Sequence record: MT446416.1
DNA length: 64,000 bases
Strand: one strand, 5' to 3'
Of this stretch, positions 25,777-35,931 are shown in pieces. The notes under the pieces were generated by a model, which was not told the origin of the DNA, searched no databases, and worked only from the letters and a program-made list of their open reading frames with translations. Made by a program: the position numbers and the translations under genes. The stretch's first letter is position 1; every line of letters starts with the position of its first letter.

Positions 25777-25965
25777 TTAGTACACGAAAGCTAGGTACAG
25801 TACATGATACAGTACTTGATTATAGTTGTAATAATTTATCACGCATTTAGTGCACGTAATGAAGTAGTCTTTTTCGTAGTTTATTTCTATACCGCGAGGT
25901 TCATCTTCTAACAGATTACCTTGAAGGTGCGGTGGTAAATCTTTTATGTAGTATTCTTTATACAT
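25777..25965 (-). CDS. Array B member
   Basis: Start corrected to MYKEYYIKDL. Confidence 0.8.
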   Translation of the reverse strand: MYKEYYIKDLPPHLQGNLLEDEPRGIEINYEKDYFITCTKCVINYYNYNQVLYHVLYLAFVY

Positions 25966-25966
25966 A

Positions 25967-26157
25967 TTAGTACCTGAATATAAGTAGGATAGTGTTATAT
26001 AGTTGGTCATAACTACTACTATTTTCTATACTGCGTTCTATGCAGTTATTGAATCCCAGTACTGCCAAATCGTTATCCAGGGGGGGACTTTATATCTGGC
26101 GTAGTATTCAAAAATGCTGGGGAGAAATTGTGTGTAGTATTCTTTGTGGTTGTTCAT
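25967..26157 (-). pseudogene. Array B member frameshifted at a G7 tract
   Basis: G8 at 26080-26086 would restore ...KVPPLDNDLAVLGFNNCIERSI...LLIFRY. Confidence 0.8.
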
Positions 26158-26167
26158 ATTGTTCTCT

Positions 26168-26350
26168 TTAGTACTTATATATTAGGGCGAGGATGTAGTA
26201 CAGTTTATATATTCTATCCTCGTACATTAGGGTGTACTTAGTACATTCTTGAAACATTGTTTTTGCGTCATCTTTTATGCCCAATGCAACGTTTGGTATA
26301 TGGCTCTGTAGATGCATTGGAAGTTTCTCTATGTAGTATTCTTTATACAT
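26168..26350 (-). CDS. Array B member
   Basis: Start corrected to MYKEYYIEKL. Confidence 0.8.
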   Translation of the reverse strand: MYKEYYIEKLPMHLQSHIPNVALGIKDDAKTMFQECTKYTLMYEDRIYKLYYILALIYKY

Positions 26351-27014
26351 AGTTTGAAATATACGTAATGAGGTGATGAATTTTCTTATCAGTACTGATA
26401 AGTTCCTGTACATGTTTTGTTAGTTTGTACGCGTTTTTATAGAGTCCTGGATTATCGATTACAGTACTGTACATGAATTCTTCTTCTGGTGTTAATTCTT
26501 TGTTTTGTAGTTCTTTTAGGAATTGCAGTACTGTAATAGTTTCTTCTGTACGTTGCTGTTGGAAGAAATGCATGTTATCGTGTACTTTTTCTGAACCAAT
26601 GCAGTACATATCGCCGATTTGGAATTGTGCTGTACGGATATCATGGGTGCTATTACAATTCCCGAAGAAGTATACATTCCCGAAAGATAGAATTATAGTG
26701 CACGGGATATTATCCAGGTGCATATAGATATAGATAGATGCGTCCTCTAGTGCTTTTGTGCTGGTATTAGTACTCAATACTTTTAAATCAGTATTATAGA
26801 TATTCATATAATGAACAGCTATATTATTTTTCTTCATGTACAATTCAAGGTTCTTTGATACGTTAACTCCATTTGTACTGGTTTTTTTACTTTTCTTTAG
26901 GTTCTTTAGTACATTAGGGTGATAAGTATATGCATTAGTAATAGATTCAGCCTGGATGGATTGCAAGTACTTAAAGTGCTGTAGGTATCGTTTACTTTGT
27001 GGATTGAGTTTCAT
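26343..27014 (-). CDS. Hypothetical protein, paralog of 35932..36582
   Basis: LELYMKKNNIAVHY vs FELLMRKKNINMHY; LTPEEEFMYSTV vs LSEEQLFQYSLI. Confidence 0.8.
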   Translation of the reverse strand: MKLNPQSKRYLQHFKYLQSIQAESITNAYTYHPNVLKNLKKSKKTSTNGVNVSKNLELYMKKNNIAVHYMNIYNTDLKVLSTNTSTKALEDASIYIYMHLDNIPCTIILSFGNVYFFGNCNSTHDIRTAQFQIGDMYCIGSEKVHDNMHFFQQQRTEETITVLQFLKELQNKELTPEEEFMYSTVIDNPGLYKNAYKLTKHVQELISTDKKIHHLITYISNYV

Positions 27015-27025
27015 ATTGGTTTCCT

Positions 27026-27205
27026 TTATATAGATGCGAGTGCGAGGATTTCCCTGTAGGGATTATCTTGTGTTAGTGCGTGATGAATGCAGCTATTGAG
27101 ATTAATATTTTTAGTACTGTTAGTTGCTAGGTTGTAGTACTTCACGAAGGTGTCGTACATGAAACGGTCTTTAATGCTTATGTGTTCTATATAGTATTCT
27201 TGCAT
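27026..27205 (-). CDS. Array B member
   Basis: Start corrected to MQEYYIEH. Confidence 0.75.
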   Translation of the reverse strand: MQEYYIEHISIKDRFMYDTFVKYYNLATNSTKNINLNSCIHHALTQDNPYREILALASI

Positions 27206-27219
27206 ATTATTCCTTAGAT

Positions 27220-27392
27220 TTAGATTAGTTTTAGTACTTCTCTGTACGTGTACTTTTCGTTTTGTGCTTCTACTGTACATGATAGAAAGTATCGTTTTTA
27301 TCTCTTTTGTTCCCGACTGTGTAGTACCTTTGGAATTGATTATAAATGTATCTATCTTTGTGCTGAAGTTTATAGATATAGAATTCTTGCAT
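27220..27392 (-). pseudogene. Array B member frameshifted at a T5 tract
   Basis: One more base at 27295-27299 gives RDKKRYFLSCTVEAQNEKYTYREVLKLI, matching paralog 27597..27782. Confidence 0.75.
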
Positions 27393-27400
27393 AGAGTACC

Positions 27401-27586
27401 TTAGATAGAGATTAGTTTTAGTACTTCAATATATGTGCGGTACTCTGCTTTAATTAAATTTGTACACACTGTAAGGGAACTTCTTTGTATAAGTTTATTG
27501 CCGCTTTTATACGCATTTCTCCACACATAGAGATGAGATCTTTCTGGCATAGATAGTTTATTTGTATAGTACTCAAATGTATTCAT
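27401..27586 (-). CDS. Array B member
   Basis: MNTFEYY. Confidence 0.75.
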   Translation of the reverse strand: MNTFEYYTNKLSMPERSHLYVWRNAYKSGNKLIQRSSLTVCTNLIKAEYRTYIEVLKLISI

Positions 27587-27596
27587 AGTATTCTCT

Positions 27597-27782
27597 TTAC
27601 ATATCAATAAGTTTCAGTACTGCTCTGTACGTGTACTTAGTTGTTAGTGTTTCTTTTATAGCAGTACAGAAGTAATGTTGTTTGTCTCTAGTACTGACGC
27701 GTTTGTAGTACCATACATGGGAGTTGTGGCTGTACTTGTCCCTGTCGGATAGTTTTTGGTAATAGTAGCTTTTATGATTCAT
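27597..27782 (-). CDS. Array B member
   Basis: KSYYY...KYTYRAVLKLI. Confidence 0.8.
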   Translation of the reverse strand: MNHKSYYYQKLSDRDKYSHNSHVWYYKRVSTRDKQHYFCTAIKETLTTKYTYRAVLKLIDM

Positions 27783-27992
27783 TGTAATGTAATTAGCCTT
27801 ATTATGTTAAAGTACTCGGTCCCTGGTACACCTTGTAGAATATTATCAACTACATTTATTTGGTGCAGGATGAGTACATTCGGTGCGGATCTTTTAAGGT
27901 TTTTTTAAAGTACTGAATTCTTGTTTAAGGATGTTCTGCACATCTTTAGGGAGAATATCTAAGTAGTACTGATGAATGTTCATAGTTTTCAT
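27779..27992 (-). pseudogene. Array B member frameshifted at a T7 tract
   Basis: T6 at 27900-27906 gives ...TLKNLKRSAPNVL...NILQGVPGTEYFNIIRLITLQ, matching 28191..28403. Confidence 0.75.
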
Positions 27993-28003
27993 ATAGTACT
28001 CTT

Positions 28004-28189
28004 TTAGAACTTAAAGATGAGGTTCATGATAGATAAGTACTTAGTTTCAGGAAATTGATGTTCTATTGCATAACGTGTCGCCAGTCTGAAGTCAAATTTA
28101 TAAAAGGGAGTATTCATATCCAGAGGTTCATTGGGGAATGAATCTCGGTATTGCTTGTGCAGCTTACTACAGTAGAATTCTTTATACAT
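28004..28189 (-). CDS. Array B member
   Basis: MYKEFY. Confidence 0.8.
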   Translation of the reverse strand: MYKEFYCSKLHKQYRDSFPNEPLDMNTPFYKFDFRLATRYAIEHQFPETKYLSIMNLIFKF

Positions 28190-28190
28190 A

Positions 28191-28403
28191 TTAGTGCTCG
28201 ATTAATAGGGTAAGGATGTAATAGTATTGCATACTTTCTACCCCTTGTAAAGCATTTCTTATTTTATTATTCCTGTACGAGTTCAAGAGTTTAGGACAAT
28301 GTTTGAGGTTTATATAATTATTTTGTGTATACAGTAGGCTTTCTCGTAGACCTTTTGTTGGTAGTGCATCGATGTAGTACTGTTCAATGTTCATAGTGTT
28401 CAT
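28191..28403 (-). CDS. Array B member
   Basis: IEQYYIDALP. Confidence 0.8.
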   Translation of the reverse strand: MNTMNIEQYYIDALPTKGLRESLLYTQNNYINLKHCPKLLNSYRNNKIRNALQGVESMQYYYILTLLIEH

Positions 28404-28627
28404 AGAGCTACCAGTACTAAGATTTTTGATAATTGTTTATTGCTATCCCCGCAGATGTTGCTGTGTAAAATACTCGCGGTGAGGGTATCAAGTGCACTGT
28501 TCAGCATAAGGTTACATCCAGTACTGTTATGTGTTTTTAGCTCTATCAGCCACGAACTATCCGCGAGAAACTTCGCGTACTCTAGTTCAGTTAGAGTATT
28601 GATGTAGTACTTAAGTGTAGTTGTCAT
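28400..28627 (-). CDS. Array B member (first in operon)
   Basis: LKYYINTL; AGGAG RBS. Confidence 0.75.
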   Translation of the reverse strand: MTTTLKYYINTLTELEYAKFLADSSWLIELKTHNSTGCNLMLNSALDTLTASILHSNICGDSNKQLSKILVLVAL

Positions 28628-28652
28628 GTACAGTTCTCCTTATATTCCTTCT

Positions 28653-28681
28653 ATAGTACACCAGTACTGAAAGGATGTCAA
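28653..28681 (-). promoter_or_regulatory. sigma70 promoter for array B
   Basis: TTGACA-17-TACTAT, with CAGTACTG in the spacer. Confidence 0.75.
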
Positions 28682-28730
28682 GGGTTTTGTTTATGGGGTA
28701 AATATGATATAATGAATAAAGGAGGGAAAT

Positions 28731-29852
28731 ATGTTACCTTTTGTTAGAATGTTTGATTATGGAAATGAAGCACCTGATCCTAGTTCGGGATTTCGAATAA
28801 TAAGTACAGGAGACGCATTACTATTAATTACTGAGAGTGGTGATTTGTGGGTGCGTGGTTATAACCGTTATGGCAAGTTAGGTATAGGTAATAACACCAC
28901 TACCTATGTACTTGATTGGACGAAGGTTAGAAGTGATGTGAAGTTTGCGTGTGGTAGTGGATTGGTAACAGTTATCTTTACTAAGGATAATCGTATATTG
29001 TACTGTGGTGACAAATGGTTTGAAACGGGTGGTGTTGGTAGTGCACAGATTTTCACATGGACAGATGTTACGCACCAATTTGGGGTAGTAGATTTGAGTA
29101 CAGTAAGGGATATGAAAATGTCTTATTACACGATTGGATTATTGACTACTAATAATCAATTATACGCTAAGGGATTTGATAATAACCTATCATTTGGTGG
29201 GGTTACTAATAAGGCGACTGCTGTGTTTATTGCGAATAATGTACAAGAGTTGTATACGAGTTTAGTTAGTACTATCTACGTTGATACAAGTGGTATATTA
29301 CATCGTTGTGGCATGAGTGATAACGGTTCGTTGGGTAATAATGGTAGTTTAACTTCGTATCTAAGTTATTCACAGCCTGGTATGACGATTAAGGACATTG
29401 GAATGATGACTACGAACACTGGGTTATTATATACTGATTCTAGTGCACGCACGAGATATTTTATTGCTGGACAGAACTTGAATAAACAGATGGGTAATGC
29501 GGCGTCTGCGAGTGCCATTACGAGTACTTACACAGAGCTTTCTGGTAGTGTTGATAAGTTTTCTTCTTTATGGGAGAATGATGGGATATTGATGACATTT
29601 GCTGTGGGTAAGAACACTAATCAGTTATTTTATGCTGGGACGAATACTTTTCATGCGAGTGGTGGTGAATCTTCATATGCGGATACATATGAGTTAGTCC
29701 CGATGGTGTTTAATGACATACAGGAAGTGTTATGTGCACAGCGTTTATCGGTGGTACATGATTCTACGAAGTGGTATTACTGTGGTGATGCTAATTCAAT
29801 GTATGGTTTACCGGACGTAAGTACTTTTACTGAGTTACCGTTGCCCTTTTAA
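28731..29852 (+). CDS. RCC1/BLIP-II-like beta-propeller protein 1
   Basis: MLPFVRMFDYGN tag; LWVRGYNRYGKLGIG repeat. Confidence 0.8.
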   Translation: MLPFVRMFDYGNEAPDPSSGFRIISTGDALLLITESGDLWVRGYNRYGKLGIGNNTTTYVLDWTKVRSDVKFACGSGLVTVIFTKDNRILYCGDKWFETGGVGSAQIFTWTDVTHQFGVVDLSTVRDMKMSYYTIGLLTTNNQLYAKGFDNNLSFGGVTNKATAVFIANNVQELYTSLVSTIYVDTSGILHRCGMSDNGSLGNNGSLTSYLSYSQPGMTIKDIGMMTTNTGLLYTDSSARTRYFIAGQNLNKQMGNAASASAITSTYTELSGSVDKFSSLWENDGILMTFAVGKNTNQLFYAGTNTFHASGGESSYADTYELVPMVFNDIQEVLCAQRLSVVHDSTKWYYCGDANSMYGLPDVSTFTELPLPF

Positions 29853-29929
29853 TAATAGGTCAGTACTGAAATATGTACTGGTATTTTTTGTAAATACTAT
29901 ATAATTATTTTAATTTTGGAGATTTAATC

Positions 29930-31099
29930 ATGTTACCTTTTGTTAGAATGTTTGATTATGGGAATGTAGCACCTGCACCACCGAAATTTAAAAAAATACT
30001 CACCAATAACTACAACGTTGCAGTTTTAACAAGCAGTGGGGATTTATATGTACGTGGGAATAATCAAAACGGTCAATTGGGTTTAGGTCACAAAGAAAAA
30101 GTTACTACATGGACGTTTAGTACTTCTGGTGTTCAAGATTTTTGGTTTGGTAGTTCAACACTAGTGGTTAAAAAAACCGATGATGAAATATGGTACAGTG
30201 GACAGTCAACCTCTGTTGGTATGCCAGGGGCATCTGTATCGGGGTGGACTTCTGCCATGCCGACATTCAATACATTAACATTACCAATATTAGATATGGC
30301 AGTTAGTAATCAGACTACAAGTGTATTACTATCAGACCGAACAATATGGAGTACTGGGGTAGGAAGTAATGGTCAATTGGGTAATGGAACTGCGACGAAC
30401 AACATTTCAGGTAAATTCGTCAAAAGTACTGTTTCGACAGAAGAAGAACAATTACCAGTTAAATTGTTTGCCAGTAATTTAATGCATGGATATGTTACCG
30501 AGAACGGCTGGTTATACTACACTGGGCAACCCAATGCAGTTAGCACTAATGGCAGTGCGGTATATAGTGTTTATACTAGTGCTCCTATTAGTCTAAGGAA
30601 TACCATTAATATCAAGTACTATACAAATAATGGAACTTCGATGGCGATGGCTATTGGTACAGATCCAAATGGTAAGACCGTACTTGCTAATGGTGGCCCT
30701 AGGATATTTGGTGCACAGGCTGACGGAGTAAATGGTCAACTAAGTAATATTAGGCCATTTGCTGTTCAAACCGAATCATTGATGCCTCCTGGGGATTTGG
30801 TAAGTATTGCTCATAATACTTCATATTATAACCAAGTTATTGCTACAACAGATGGTATATATTGTTGCGGCTACAACCAATCTACACACGCTGGTATGTT
30901 AGGCATTGGTACATCTACTAACGCATTAGTATATACCAAAGCAATCGTACCTGATGGTTTTGATTATAGTAAATCGCAAATGGCAGGTGAGTATAACCGT
31001 ACTTATATAACTGATGGTAATTTTGTATATAGTACAGGGACAGATGTCACATATGGTGGCATTAATAGCTTAGAATTTGTAATAGATTCACCATTATAA
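29930..31099 (+). CDS. RCC1/BLIP-II-like protein 2
   Basis: LYVRGNNQNGQLGLG; STGVGSNGQLGNG. Confidence 0.85.
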   Translation: MLPFVRMFDYGNVAPAPPKFKKILTNNYNVAVLTSSGDLYVRGNNQNGQLGLGHKEKVTTWTFSTSGVQDFWFGSSTLVVKKTDDEIWYSGQSTSVGMPGASVSGWTSAMPTFNTLTLPILDMAVSNQTTSVLLSDRTIWSTGVGSNGQLGNGTATNNISGKFVKSTVSTEEEQLPVKLFASNLMHGYVTENGWLYYTGQPNAVSTNGSAVYSVYTSAPISLRNTINIKYYTNNGTSMAMAIGTDPNGKTVLANGGPRIFGAQADGVNGQLSNIRPFAVQTESLMPPGDLVSIAHNTSYYNQVIATTDGIYCCGYNQSTHAGMLGIGTSTNALVYTKAIVPDGFDYSKSQMAGEYNRTYITDGNFVYSTGTDVTYGGINSLEFVIDSPL

Positions 31100-31106
31100 A
31101 AAGAAA

Positions 31107-31132
31107 AGCCAGTACTTGATACTGGCTTTTCT
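31107..31132. terminator. GCCAGTACTTGATACTGGC hairpin; similar copies at ~32297, ~34698, ~35905 and ~37793
   Basis: Inverted repeat followed by a T-tract between the RCC1 genes. Confidence 0.75.
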
Positions 31133-31172
31133 TTTTGTATTAAATATAGTATAATGAATAAAGGAGGGAATT

Positions 31173-32282
31173 ATGTTACCTTTTGTTAGAATGTTTGATT
31201 ACGGGAATATTGCACCTGAAGCTCCAAAGATAAAGAAAGTACTGTGCGGTCGTGATAATTTGTACGTCCTCTATGGCGATGGCTCACTTTATGGTTGTGG
31301 GGATAATGCGTATTTTCAGTTAAACGTTAAAAATGCAGCAACAAGAAATACTTGGATATTAATTTCAGAAGGTGTTACTGATGTATGGGCTGGGGCGTAC
31401 AATATTCTTTATCTCAAGGGTGAAGAATTCATAATGCATGGAGTTACCACACAATTAGGCACAGGAGATACTATGATTCCGTTGGGTGGTTTGAATGTTA
31501 CTTCTTCATTTCCACATATATCTAATATTAAAATGATATCAATTGGTGCAGATACAATGCACTACGTTGATGCTAGTGGTTCGATTGTTTATGGTAGAGG
31601 CATGAATGGTAACTATTCACTCGGTGGTGGGTATTCCACGGCTCAGAGTACTTTTGTTTCAGTTATTAATACCGGAGCTAATACAGTCCTTGATATATTG
31701 GGTACACAGAATAACACATTAATATTAACATCAAATGGTGAACTTCTCGGTTGTGGGAGTAGTGGGTATGGTTCACTTGGCGTAAGTCCAGGACAGTATA
31801 CTACACTAGTAAGCAGGTTAACCAGTGTTAAACTGTTTGGTGGTAACAGTACTGGTACTCTTGCTTATTCAGCCAGCAATATATACAACGCAGGTTGGCA
31901 GTATGTTGGTCAACTTGGTAACGGTATTACAACGAACACACTACTATATCCATTTGCATTAAACTCCACTACTATTGATAGTAAGATACATAAAATATCA
32001 AAATCAAGTACAACTTCACGTGTTAATATGTACGCAACAACCGAAGGAAAGATATATAGTACTGGTGAATTTGGTAGAAATGGTTCTGGTGGTAGTTTGA
32101 GTAGATTCACCAATACACTAACTTTAGATAATTACAACCCAGAAAAATCAGCATTATACACATGTGCAAATTTTAGTATAGTATTTGATGGTAATAATCA
32201 AATTTATGCTTGTGGTTCTTTTTTGTATGTGCCAGGTCCTATTACCACGAACTCATGGTCTGCAATTACAATGCCGAAATGA
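31173..32282 (+). CDS. RCC1/BLIP-II-like protein 3
   Basis: LYGCGDNAYFQL; NAGWQYVGQLGNG. Confidence 0.85.
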   Translation: MLPFVRMFDYGNIAPEAPKIKKVLCGRDNLYVLYGDGSLYGCGDNAYFQLNVKNAATRNTWILISEGVTDVWAGAYNILYLKGEEFIMHGVTTQLGTGDTMIPLGGLNVTSSFPHISNIKMISIGADTMHYVDASGSIVYGRGMNGNYSLGGGYSTAQSTFVSVINTGANTVLDILGTQNNTLILTSNGELLGCGSSGYGSLGVSPGQYTTLVSRLTSVKLFGGNSTGTLAYSASNIYNAGWQYVGQLGNGITTNTLLYPFALNSTTIDSKIHKISKSSTTSRVNMYATTEGKIYSTGEFGRNGSGGSLSRFTNTLTLDNYNPEKSALYTCANFSIVFDGNNQIYACGSFLYVPGPITTNSWSAITMPK

Positions 32283-32360
32283 TACTATAAAACTATGCCA
32301 GTACTTGATACTGGCTTTTCTTTTTGATTAAATATAGTATAAAGAATAAAGGAGGGAATT

Positions 32361-33518
32361 ATGTTACCTTTTGCTAGAATGGTTAAGTACGGAAATAGAG
32401 TTCCAGTACCTGTTGGGATTAAGAAGATAAACTCTGTCGGTACTAGTCAGATGATATTGACGAATACAGGCGACGTGTATGCATATGGTCAAAACACCAA
32501 CTGGAGATTTGGTAGTGGTAGTTCTAGTGAGATTAGTGGGGGAGTTCCACAGATGGTAATGCAGGGTGTATCGGATATGATATGTCATCCCAGATGTACA
32601 TTATTAATAATGTCTGATGGACGTTATCTTGCTGCTGGGAACTCTACAGTACTGGGAGGTAGTTCAGGATTGAATTATGTAGATGTTAGTTCTAAGTTCG
32701 CTACATTAGGAACTATCAAGAAAATTGATTTTACCCGAAGGAACAGTACTTCGTATACAGTATATGCATTAAACACTGATGGTGATTTATATGGTATTGG
32801 ATATGGAAACCGTGGTCAATTGGGGTTAGGTAAAAATAATAGTTTAGGTGCATTTACGAAGATAAACACCAATTGCAGGAATTTTGTAAGTTGTTCTTAT
32901 GAGACGATAGTGGCTCTTAAGAATGATAATACTGCGTGGTTCTGTGGAAATTATTCGTTTATTAGTGGTAATACTGATGTTACTACATTTACTAACCTTG
33001 GTGATACTGCAATACTTAATATCTACGGTAATGGTTTAAATGGTGAGTTGTTATACACAAAAAGTGATGGTTTATATTTCCGTGGTTTAGCGTCGAACCG
33101 ATATGGTTATTCATTCAGTTTAGAACAGCGTGCAATTAATAGCAAGATTACATTGCCGTTTGCTTATGATGTAAGTACGTTTAAGATTCTCACAGATGAA
33201 CAGACAACAACCGTCAGTGTGTGGATTTCCAATTCAGACGTTCATTATGGGGTTGGTGCAAATAGCAGTAACACTAACAGAATGGGATTCACCAACCCAA
33301 CTATGCCAGGTGCTGGTTCAAACTTTACATTACAGGATTTCAGTTCAGTGCAGGGCACTATTGAGACTGTTGTTAGTGCAAGTTATTATACAACTCTTAT
33401 AAACTCTAATGGGAAAGTATTTGGCAGTGGGCCTTTTGATGATGATTCTTTAACTTATTTTCCTGGGAATAATCCAAAACTGATGAACTACACAGAAATT
33501 AAATTGAATATAAATTAG
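32361..33518 (+). CDS. RCC1/BLIP-II-like protein 4
   Basis: MLPFARMVKYGN; LYGIGYGNRGQLGLG. Confidence 0.85.
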   Translation: MLPFARMVKYGNRVPVPVGIKKINSVGTSQMILTNTGDVYAYGQNTNWRFGSGSSSEISGGVPQMVMQGVSDMICHPRCTLLIMSDGRYLAAGNSTVLGGSSGLNYVDVSSKFATLGTIKKIDFTRRNSTSYTVYALNTDGDLYGIGYGNRGQLGLGKNNSLGAFTKINTNCRNFVSCSYETIVALKNDNTAWFCGNYSFISGNTDVTTFTNLGDTAILNIYGNGLNGELLYTKSDGLYFRGLASNRYGYSFSLEQRAINSKITLPFAYDVSTFKILTDEQTTTVSVWISNSDVHYGVGANSSNTNRMGFTNPTMPGAGSNFTLQDFSSVQGTIETVVSASYYTTLINSNGKVFGSGPFDDDSLTYFPGNNPKLMNYTEIKLNIN

Positions 33519-33530
33519 GAGAGAATAATT

Positions 33531-34691
33531 ATGTTACCTTTTGCTAGAATGGTTAAGTACGGAAACATTGCACCATCCCCTGCTGCCATTAAAAAATTAG
33601 TTACCGGATATAACTGGGTTATGGTATTGGGTAGTAATGGTAAATTATATACCCGTGGTGCCAATTCAAGTGGTCAGTTGGGTTTAGGAGACAATACAGC
33701 CAGAACATCATGGACATTAACTGCATCGGATGTCATTGATGTATGGTGTGGTCAGTATGCCACAATGATTCACAAATCAGATGGTACATATCAATACACA
33801 GGGAAACAATACAATGTGTGTATGGGTACATCATCTGTTAATGCATGGACTTCTATGCAAACTCTTATTAATCAAGTTAATTCTCAAGGAACAATTACAG
33901 AAATATCACTAGGAAATAACTTCATTTCAATACTTATGAGTAATGGGACCATTTGGTGTGGTGGTTATAACACAGGAGGACAGCTTGGCAATGCTTCTTA
34001 TTCTAACAGTTTTACTACATTAGTAAAATCAATTATACCAAGTGGTGCGGTTCCGAAAAGGATTATTGCAGGTATAAACATGTGTTCATTTATTGCCGAA
34101 AGTGGTAGATTATATTACACAGGTGAAGTTAATGGTGATACTAACAGTACTTCAACCGTGAGTTTTTATAATGTATTCACATTGTCAGATAGATTACCAG
34201 CAACTGTTAGTACTATAGCATTTATAAGTACTGTTAATGATATGGTGCAAGGTATTGCAAGAAACAAAAGCACGTCAGTTGTTTCAGTGTACACAGGTGG
34301 TGATCAATTATATGGACAGGCTGCTACTGGTACTGATACTACAACAAAAATATTGACAACTGTTGTGGCAAATCAACCACAAGGAAATATATTAGATATA
34401 GGATATGGGTACGGATATTACTCTAACTTTGTTATTACTGACACAGGTGTATACGTTGCTGGTAATAACTCAGCGACTTCATACTATGGACAATTAAGTA
34501 CAGGTTCAACTACTAACGTATTAACTTACACTAAGTCTATTACTCCTGATTTAAATTTCAATGATGTTAAAATCCAAAGTTGCTATGGTAAAACATATAT
34601 GACAGATGGAAACAAAATATATTCAAGTGGTACTAACCTAGTATCTGGTGGTACTGCTAGTACTATATTTGTTGAAGATTCACCAATTTAA
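33531..34691 (+). CDS. RCC1/BLIP-II-like protein 5
   Basis: LYTRGANSSGQLGLG; closest to protein 2. Confidence 0.85.
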   Translation: MLPFARMVKYGNIAPSPAAIKKLVTGYNWVMVLGSNGKLYTRGANSSGQLGLGDNTARTSWTLTASDVIDVWCGQYATMIHKSDGTYQYTGKQYNVCMGTSSVNAWTSMQTLINQVNSQGTITEISLGNNFISILMSNGTIWCGGYNTGGQLGNASYSNSFTTLVKSIIPSGAVPKRIIAGINMCSFIAESGRLYYTGEVNGDTNSTSTVSFYNVFTLSDRLPATVSTIAFISTVNDMVQGIARNKSTSVVSVYTGGDQLYGQAATGTDTTTKILTTVVANQPQGNILDIGYGYGYYSNFVITDTGVYVAGNNSATSYYGQLSTGSTTNVLTYTKSITPDLNFNDVKIQSCYGKTYMTDGNKIYSSGTNLVSGGTASTIFVEDSPI

Positions 34692-34761
34692 AATAATGCC
34701 AGTACTCTGTACTGGTATTCTTATTTGTATTAAATATAGTATAATGAATAAAGGAGGAATT

Positions 34762-35898
34762 ATGTTACCTTTTGCAAGAATGGTTAAGTACGGGAATATA
34801 AAAGTAAAGAGTACTATCCAAAAAGTTATCCTTGGTGGTGGTGGTCAATGTGTGGTAACATTACTCAGTGATGGTAGAGTGTATGGACGTGGTTACAACA
34901 CTACACATGGGTTAGGTACTGGTACAACAACATTCGTAAGTGATTGGGTATTAATGGGCGATAATATTGTTGATATCCATTCAAATGGTGTTCCTGGCAC
35001 ATTCCTTATCACCAAAGAAAATAGAATTTTGTATTCTGGTTGGGCGACACCAATCAATGGTACAACTGCACATTATACACGTTTCACTGATTTAACATCA
35101 ACTGTATTTGCTGCGGTGGATGTTAGTAATATTAAAACAATTACTGGAAATATTAATGCTACAATGGTCCTGTTGAATGATGGTTCTCTTTATGGTAGTG
35201 GTGCAAATACAGGTGTTATTGGTAATGGTAGAAATGTTGCATTATCAACACAAACATATGTAACTAATGATGTGAGAGAAGTAAAAACATATGGATCCAT
35301 GACTACTATAACAAAAAATAACAATCAAATACTGGGTAGTGGTCTTTTATACCACGGCGTGAACGGTACAAATTCAATAATAAACACGTCTTCATATACA
35401 TTACTGTACACATTACCGAGTTCTGATTGTTTTCAATTTGCATTTGATGAATATACATTTGGATATGTTGACCCTAGCACTAATACTTCTTATATAAGAG
35501 GTATACCAATAAATGGTTCATTGGGTAATGGTGTTACTAATAATACAGCAGTTACAACATGGGTTACTAAAGTTTGGAATACACCAATTGATAGTTCTAT
35601 ACCTAATAAATCACATACACTTAACCATGTCTCCTTGTTCAATGATGGAAACTTATGGACAACTGGTGCATCTAATGTCGGTTATTCCAATGGTACAAAT
35701 AGCACAACAGCTAATACTTGGACCAGTTCATCTAATTTACCATTCAACACCAATAACATCACAGACTATGCGTTGGGTAGTAATATTACTGTGGTGGTAA
35801 TCGACTACAGGTCTATGTACATACTAGCTAACAACTTAATTGCTGGAACTACATCAACCACTTACAAATTTGAGCCATATAATTCTCCACCAGTTTAA
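34762..35898 (+). CDS. RCC1/BLIP-II-like protein 6
   Basis: Start corrected to MLPFARMVKYGN (AGGAGG RBS). Confidence 0.85.
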   Translation: MLPFARMVKYGNIKVKSTIQKVILGGGGQCVVTLLSDGRVYGRGYNTTHGLGTGTTTFVSDWVLMGDNIVDIHSNGVPGTFLITKENRILYSGWATPINGTTAHYTRFTDLTSTVFAAVDVSNIKTITGNINATMVLLNDGSLYGSGANTGVIGNGRNVALSTQTYVTNDVREVKTYGSMTTITKNNNQILGSGLLYHGVNGTNSIINTSSYTLLYTLPSSDCFQFAFDEYTFGYVDPSTNTSYIRGIPINGSLGNGVTNNTAVTTWVTKVWNTPIDSSIPNKSHTLNHVSLFNDGNLWTTGASNVGYSNGTNSTTANTWTSSSNLPFNTNNITDYALGSNITVVVIDYRSMYILANNLIAGTTSTTYKFEPYNSPPV

Positions 35899-35931
35899 TA
35901 TAATGCCAGTACTTGAGTACTGGCTTTTCTT

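Larger units (their letters stand above)
24588..28627 (-). repeat. Tandem paralog array B: 17 ~57-75 aa genes (KEYY/QYY N-terminus, F..CI core, hydrophobic C-terminus) plus one larger gene
   Basis: Members start (low end) at 24588, 24811, 24986, 25201, 25388, 25560, 25777, 25967*, 26168, 27026, 27220*, 27401, 27597, 27779*, 28004, 28191, 28400 (* frameshifted). A 32-bp stop-start junction is identical at ~25371 and ~25950. Confidence 0.85.

Noticed and set aside
1-28627. Diversity-generating retroelement behind the paralog arrays
   Set aside because: No reverse transcriptase, and no template/variable repeat pair differing only at adenines, in the window.
34648-34761. Track start for RCC1 protein 6
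   Set aside because: The extension spans the previous gene end, a terminator and a promoter. The conserved tag and AGGAGG RBS place the start at 34762.
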